Assembly (NCBI GenBank): GCA_964372765.1
Contig: CAYJSE010000001.1
Location: forward strand, 50,755-114,754
Direction of reading: 5' to 3'
Length of the DNA stretch: 64,000 bases
Source: an uncultured Planctomycetia bacterium
GTDB taxonomy: Bacteria; Omnitrophota; Gorgyraeia; 2-02-FULL-51-18; CAYJSE01
Of this stretch, positions 59,599 to 64,000 are shown piece after piece. The position numbers and the translations under genes were made by a program. Position 1 is the stretch's first letter. Each line of letters starts with the position of its first letter. The notes under the pieces were generated by a model. It made no database searches and was not told the DNA's origin. It saw only the letters and a program-made list of their open reading frames with translations.

Positions 59599-60378
59599 GT
59601 GAAAGAACTGGTGCAAAATACAGGCCGCCGCACACTCGGCACCGTGCATTACGCGGGCGGAATCGCGACGCTATTCTTTCAAACGCTGTTCTGGATCAGC
59701 CTACCGCCGTTTCGGGCGAGTCAAATTTTTGGTCAGATGGTCAAGATTGGCATACACTCCCTGCCGATCGCGACGATGACGAGTTTTTTTACGGGGGTGG
59801 TGCTGGCGTTTCAAAGCGCTTACCAGATGCAGAAAGTGAACGCGGAGATATTTATCCCGAGCCTTGTCTCGATTTCGCTGGTCCGGGAGCTTGGGCCGGT
59901 GTTAACCGCGCTGGTCGTGACGGGCCGCGTGGGCGCCGCGATCACCGCGGAAATCGGCAGCATGAAAGTCACCGAGCAGGTGGACGCGCTGGAGGCGTTG
60001 GCCACGAACCCGATCAAGTATCTCGTGGCGCCGCGCTTCATCGCGCTTTTTACGATGCTGCCGCTTTTGGTGATCTACGCGAATGTGGTGGGTATTTTCG
60101 GGGGGTATCTCGTTTCCATTTATAAGCTAGGTCTAACCTCTTCCTACTATATCAAGATGTCGTTTGAGGCGCTGCTGCTGAAAGATATCTTTACGGGTTT
60201 ATTTAAAACCATCGTGTTCGCGAGCATCATCTGTATCGTGTCGTGTTTTGAGGGTATGCGGGTGGAAGGCGGAGCGGAGGGGGTGGGTCTGGCGACGACG
60301 CGTGCGGTGGTGACGTCGTTTGTGTTGATCATCGCGTCGGACGCGCTGTTTACCGTGATCTTTTACTTTATCACATGA
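59599..60378 (+). CDS. mlaE: Phospholipid ABC transporter permease MlaE
   Basis: MlaE/Ttg2B-type permease (~260 aa, 5-6 TMs), followed by an ATPase and an MCE protein. Confidence 0.85.
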   Translation: MKELVQNTGRRTLGTVHYAGGIATLFFQTLFWISLPPFRASQIFGQMVKIGIHSLPIATMTSFFTGVVLAFQSAYQMQKVNAEIFIPSLVSISLVRELGPVLTALVVTGRVGAAITAEIGSMKVTEQVDALEALATNPIKYLVAPRFIALFTMLPLLVIYANVVGIFGGYLVSIYKLGLTSSYYIKMSFEALLLKDIFTGLFKTIVFASIICIVSCFEGMRVEGGAEGVGLATTRAVVTSFVLIIASDALFTVIFYFIT

Positions 60379-60388
60379 CGGGCGTGGC

Positions 60389-61156
60389 ATGATTCAGGCG
60401 ATCGACTTGATCAAAGCGTTTAACGGGTGCCTCGTTTTGGATAGAATGAATCTCAATATCGAAAAAGGCGAGACGCTCGTGATCCTGGGCCGTTCGGGCT
60501 GCGGCAAGAGCGTATTTTTAAAACACATCGTCGGGATTATGAAACCGGACAGCGGCGATCTATTGATCGGTGGAAAAAGCGTCGTAAAGCTTTCGTATCG
60601 GGAGCTGAACGAAATCCGCATGCGCGTGGGGCTCGTGTTTCAGGGGGGCGCTCTTTTTGACTCGCTGACGATCGGCGGGAACGTGGGTTTTGCGCTCTAT
60701 GAGCACACGGATTTGAGTCGCAAAGCGGTTGAAACGCGCGTCGAAGAAGCGCTGGAGCTCGTGGGTTTAAAGGGCGCTCAAAACATGAAGCCCTCTGAAC
60801 TTTCGGGCGGGATGCGCAAGCGCGCCGCGCTGGCGCGCGCCATTTGCATGCGTCCGGAAATCATGCTCTACGATGAGCCGACAACCGGCATTGATCCGAT
60901 CATGGGCGACGCGATCAACGATCTTATTGTCCAGCTTCACGATAAGCTAAAGGTGACCTCGATTGTGGTGACGCATGACATCGTGAGCGCCTACAAGGTG
61001 GGCACGCGTATCGCGATGATGTACCAGGGCAGGATCATCCAAAGCGGTTCGCCTGATGAGATCCGAAATAGCGCCGACCCGGTGGTGCACCAGTTTATCA
61101 CGGGCTCGGCGACGGGACCGATCACGGATATTCACTTTAAAAAGCTTCAAGGATAG
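60389..61156 (+). CDS. mlaF: Phospholipid ABC transporter ATP-binding protein MlaF
   Basis: GRSGCGKSVFLK Walker A, LSGGMRKRAALARA signature, MLYDEPTTGIDP Walker B. Confidence 0.85.
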   Translation: MIQAIDLIKAFNGCLVLDRMNLNIEKGETLVILGRSGCGKSVFLKHIVGIMKPDSGDLLIGGKSVVKLSYRELNEIRMRVGLVFQGGALFDSLTIGGNVGFALYEHTDLSRKAVETRVEEALELVGLKGAQNMKPSELSGGMRKRAALARAICMRPEIMLYDEPTTGIDPIMGDAINDLIVQLHDKLKVTSIVVTHDIVSAYKVGTRIAMMYQGRIIQSGSPDEIRNSADPVVHQFITGSATGPITDIHFKKLQG

Positions 61157-61193
61157 AATGGGGGTGTCCAATGGCGCACAATGAGGTGATGGA

Positions 61194-61928
61194 GTGAAGA
61201 AAGAGAATCTGGAGATCCAAGTAGGAATCTTTGTCATCGCGGCTGTGGGGCTCTTGACGCTGATGGTGGTGAAGGCCGGCGATTTTTACCTGAAGCCGGG
61301 TTATATGATCCGATTTGTCTTCGGGTCCGTGAGCGGGATTGAGCAGGGTTCTCCCGTGCGGCTGGCCGGTGTCGAGATCGGCGAGGTGACCGATGTCGGG
61401 GTGATGCGTTCGGGCGAAGGCTTGACACAGGTGCAGCTCATGGCGCGCATCACGCAAGGGATCGAGATTGAAGAAGACGCCCAGGTGCGTGTGGCGAGTT
61501 CCGGACTGTTGGGCGAAAAATATATCGAGATCATGCCCAGTCAAAGCGGCGCGGCGCTGCTTTCCGACGGGGGATTGATCGTGGGCAAAGGCAACGCGGC
61601 GCTTCAAGATCTGGCCAATCAAGGCAGTCAGCTTTTGACGAAACTGGATTTCGCGATGGATCACATCAACGAAGTGGTCGGGGATGCGGAGTTTAAGCGG
61701 AGCGTCAAGGGAACTTTCGTGAACGGTGAGCAGGTCGCGCTTAATCTGAAAGAAGCCACCGAAGATTTGAAAGAGACCATGAAGGCCGCCCGGGTCGTGA
61801 TGACGCGTTTGCGCGACGGCGAGGGCACGATCGGCAAACTGCTGATAAGCGACAAAATAGCGCGGGATTTGGAAGCGTTTGTTGAGGATATCAAAAAGCA
61901 TCCATGGAAACTCTTTAAGAGGTATTGA
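61194..61928 (+). CDS. mlaD: MCE-domain phospholipid-binding protein MlaD
   Basis: N-terminal TM then an MCE domain (GSPVRLAGVEIGEVTDV). Confidence 0.8.
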   Translation: MKKENLEIQVGIFVIAAVGLLTLMVVKAGDFYLKPGYMIRFVFGSVSGIEQGSPVRLAGVEIGEVTDVGVMRSGEGLTQVQLMARITQGIEIEEDAQVRVASSGLLGEKYIEIMPSQSGAALLSDGGLIVGKGNAALQDLANQGSQLLTKLDFAMDHINEVVGDAEFKRSVKGTFVNGEQVALNLKEATEDLKETMKAARVVMTRLRDGEGTIGKLLISDKIARDLEAFVEDIKKHPWKLFKRY

Positions 61929-62932
61929 TCATGGCGTTTAATTTCTTACGCGTTTTATTTATCTTGCTCTGCTCGGTGATCGGGTTTCAGCTGGGCAGTG
62001 ACTTGAGAGGTTACGGGACGCCCTGGGGAGTGATCGGATCCGGAATCGGGGCGGGCATCGCATTTTTAATCGTGCTCGTTGAAAAGGCGTTGGGCAAAAT
62101 ATCCTTACGGGGTCTCTCAGCCGCCGTGTTCGGACTTTTATTTTCGCTCATTATCGCGAAATTTTTGACGGGCGTTATCGATCTCGTTCCGGAGCTTGAT
62201 CCCGGAACGGCTTCCGTTATTAAACTGGCGCTTATTTTGATTTTGTCGTATCTCGGAATGATCTTCTCCATGCGCGGCCGCGACGAATTTAGTCTGATCA
62301 TTCCCTACATCAAGTTTGACCGGCAGGACCAGAAAGACACCGTGATGATTTTGGATACGTCGGCCATTATTGACGGACGCATTTCCGATATCTGCCAGAC
62401 CAAGTTTTTAGAAGGGCGCTTTGTGGTGCCGCGCTTTGTCTTAAAAGAACTCCAGCAGGTGGCGGACTCGCAGGATCCGTTGAAACGCAACCGCGGCCGG
62501 CGGGGTCTCGAGGTGTTGAATAAGCTTCGCAAGGATACGCATATTTCGGTGCGCATCAACGACGAGGACTTTCCGGAGCTGGGCGCCGTGGATGAGAAGC
62601 TGATCAAGCTTTCCAGGCTCTTAAGCGCCAAGATCATCACGAACGATTTCAATTTAAATAAAGTCGCCGAATTTCAGGGTATCACGATTTTAAATATCAA
62701 TGAGCTCTCGAACGCGCTGAAACCCGTGATTCTGCCGGGCGAATCGCTCGAAGTCAAAATCGTCAAAGAAGGCAAAGAGCAAAATCAGGGCATCGGCTAT
62801 CTTGACGATGGCACGATGGTGGTGGTCGACAACGCGCGGCGTCTCCTGGGCCAGACGCTTCGCGTGACGGTGACGTCCATTTTACAGACGGCCGCCGGAC
62901 GCATGATCTTCGCCAAAACTGATTTTCACTGA
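61925..62932 (+). CDS. yacL: Membrane-anchored PIN + TRAM domain protein (YacL-like)
   Basis: Hydrophobic N-terminal segments, a PIN domain (VMILDTSAIIDGRI...ITNDFNL), and a C-terminal TRAM-like beta domain (GESLEVKIVKEGKE...LRVTV). Confidence 0.7.
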   Translation: MIMAFNFLRVLFILLCSVIGFQLGSDLRGYGTPWGVIGSGIGAGIAFLIVLVEKALGKISLRGLSAAVFGLLFSLIIAKFLTGVIDLVPELDPGTASVIKLALILILSYLGMIFSMRGRDEFSLIIPYIKFDRQDQKDTVMILDTSAIIDGRISDICQTKFLEGRFVVPRFVLKELQQVADSQDPLKRNRGRRGLEVLNKLRKDTHISVRINDEDFPELGAVDEKLIKLSRLLSAKIITNDFNLNKVAEFQGITILNINELSNALKPVILPGESLEVKIVKEGKEQNQGIGYLDDGTMVVVDNARRLLGQTLRVTVTSILQTAAGRMIFAKTDFH

Positions 62933-62933
62933 T

Positions 62934-63623
62934 ATGAAAGTGACGGCGATTGTCCCCGCGGCCGGACAGGGCAAGCGGCTGGGGAGTCGGACCCCGAAAG
63001 CGTTTATCCCTGTTTTTGGCAAGCCCCTTTTGATCCATACGCTCGAGGCCTTGAGCCGGGCGTATTTGTTTGACGAGATCCTGGTGCCGGTGCCCAAGGC
63101 TTATCTGGAGCGCGCGCAAAGAGTGATCCAGGGTTTCAAAAAAGCCCCGACGCGCGTGATCGAGGGCGGCCAAACGCGCGCGCAGTCCGTGAGGCGGGCG
63201 TTGGACGAGGCGCATCCGGATACCGAGTGGATTTTGGTGCACGACGCCGCGCGCCCGTTGGTGGAGTCTCGACACATCCAGGAGCTTTTAAAAGAGGTTA
63301 AGAGCCACGGCGCCGTGGTGCTGGTGGAGCCCGTGTCAGCCACAGTCAAAGAGGTGGATCTAAAGAGCGGGTTGGTGCATAAAACCCTGGAGCGCTCGAC
63401 ACTGTTTTTGGCCCAGACACCGCAGGTGATGAAAAAGGATTTGCTCGAGAAGGCGTATAAAAAACTGGGCACCGAGGCGCTGGGCATGACCGATGAGGCG
63501 GCGATCGTGGAGGCGGCCGGCGGGAAAGTAAAAATCTTGACCGGAGACAGGCACAATATCAAAATCACAACCCAAGAAGACCTGGAGCTTTTTAAATATT
63601 ATGCGAGTCGGAATAGGGTATGA
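62934..63623 (+). CDS. ispD: 2-C-methyl-D-erythritol 4-phosphate cytidylyltransferase
   Basis: MKVTAIVPAAGQGKRLG...VHDAARP motifs. Confidence 0.9.
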   Translation: MKVTAIVPAAGQGKRLGSRTPKAFIPVFGKPLLIHTLEALSRAYLFDEILVPVPKAYLERAQRVIQGFKKAPTRVIEGGQTRAQSVRRALDEAHPDTEWILVHDAARPLVESRHIQELLKEVKSHGAVVLVEPVSATVKEVDLKSGLVHKTLERSTLFLAQTPQVMKKDLLEKAYKKLGTEALGMTDEAAIVEAAGGKVKILTGDRHNIKITTQEDLELFKYYASRNRV

Positions 63624-64000
63624 CATTCACGCCCTTAAAAAAGGGCGGCCGTTTATTTTGGGGGGCGTCCGGATTCCGTTTGCCAGGGGATCCGTGAGTC
63701 ACTCCGACGGAGATGTGCTGCTTCACGCGATTGTCGACGCGCTGCTCGGCGCCGCCGCCGCCGGTGACATCGGGAGTTTTTTCCCGGATACGGATCCCCG
63801 TTGGAAAGGGGCCAGCAGCCTCGTTTTTATCCAAAAAACGCGGCAGCTACTTCGCAAAAAAAAGTTGAAGATTATGAATATTGATTCAGTGGTGATTGCC
63901 GAGGCGCCTAAACTTTTATCTTATCGGGATAAGATGCGCCGCGTGATCGCCAAGGCGCTTGGAGTTTCGACAGCACGGGTTTCCGTGAAGGCCAAGACGC
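63601..64000 (+). CDS. ispF: 2-C-methyl-D-erythritol 2,4-cyclodiphosphate synthase, 3'-partial; continues past the window end
   Basis: MRVGIGYDIHAL...HSDGDVLLHAIVDALLGA zinc-site motifs. It overlaps the ispD 3' end. Confidence 0.85.
   Translation, partial: MRVGIGYDIHALKKGRPFILGGVRIPFARGSVSHSDGDVLLHAIVDALLGAAAAGDIGSFFPDTDPRWKGASSLVFIQKTRQLLRKKKLKIMNIDSVVIAEAPKLLSYRDKMRRVIAKALGVSTARVSVKAKT

Noticed and set aside
1-64000. CRISPR arrays, IS elements, integrases, prophage genes and restriction-modification or other defence operons
   Set aside because: I scanned for regularly spaced direct repeats and for transposase, integrase or recombinase motifs (DDE, R-H-R-Y, serine recombinase). None was found, apart from the tRNA-Pro 3'-end duplication reported separately.

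Overview
This 64 kb window reads as a GC-rich (roughly 55-60% by eye) bacterial chromosomal segment. Coding is almost entirely on the + strand and only rpsT is on the - strand. Adjacent genes commonly overlap by 1-4 nt, sharing ATGA, GTGA or TTGA start/stop junctions.

Most of the content is housekeeping. In order along the window:
- a partial phosphohexomutase gene, then lepA, lepB, pgsA, plsY and gpsA;
- tRNA-Pro(GGG), a zinc-ribbon (COG1579) protein, RNase HI, and an RNase P RNA (rnpB) that the ORF track cannot show;
- a complete division/cell-wall cluster: mraZ, rsmH, ftsL, ftsI, murE, murF, mraY, murD, ftsW, murG, a murC-murB fusion, ddl, ftsQ and an ftsA-like gene;
- riboflavin genes ribBA, ribH, nusB, ribD and ribE immediately after the ftsA-like gene, with no ftsZ in between;
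- bamD-like, lptE-like, holA, rpsT (- strand), murJ and a short uvrC;
- a two-partner secretion locus: a ShlB/FhaC-type TpsB transporter and a 2,332-aa FhaB-like TpsA exoprotein carrying the NPNGI motif;
- prfB with the canonical CUU UGA C +1 frameshift, then secA, lnt, lysS, lolC/E, lolD and ilvE;
- mcsA, mcsB and clpC;
- a hypothetical membrane protein, mlaE, mlaF, mlaD, a PIN/TRAM protein, ispD and a partial ispF.

The envelope genes present (Lol, BamD, LptE, Mla, Lnt) indicate a diderm organism. I found no integrase, transposase, CRISPR array or obvious defence or toxin-immunity genes.

The TPS locus is the clearest candidate for a system worth follow-up. Other points worth a second look are the missing ftsZ, the murC-murB fusion, and a Firmicute-style mcsAB-clpC module in a diderm. 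At the DNA level there is an 18-nt duplication of the tRNA-Pro 3' end, a perfect 24-bp palindrome with a third half-site inside the lysS promoter, and a low-GC orphan ORF.

All gene calls are inferred from translated ORFs by family recognition; none was checked against a database.
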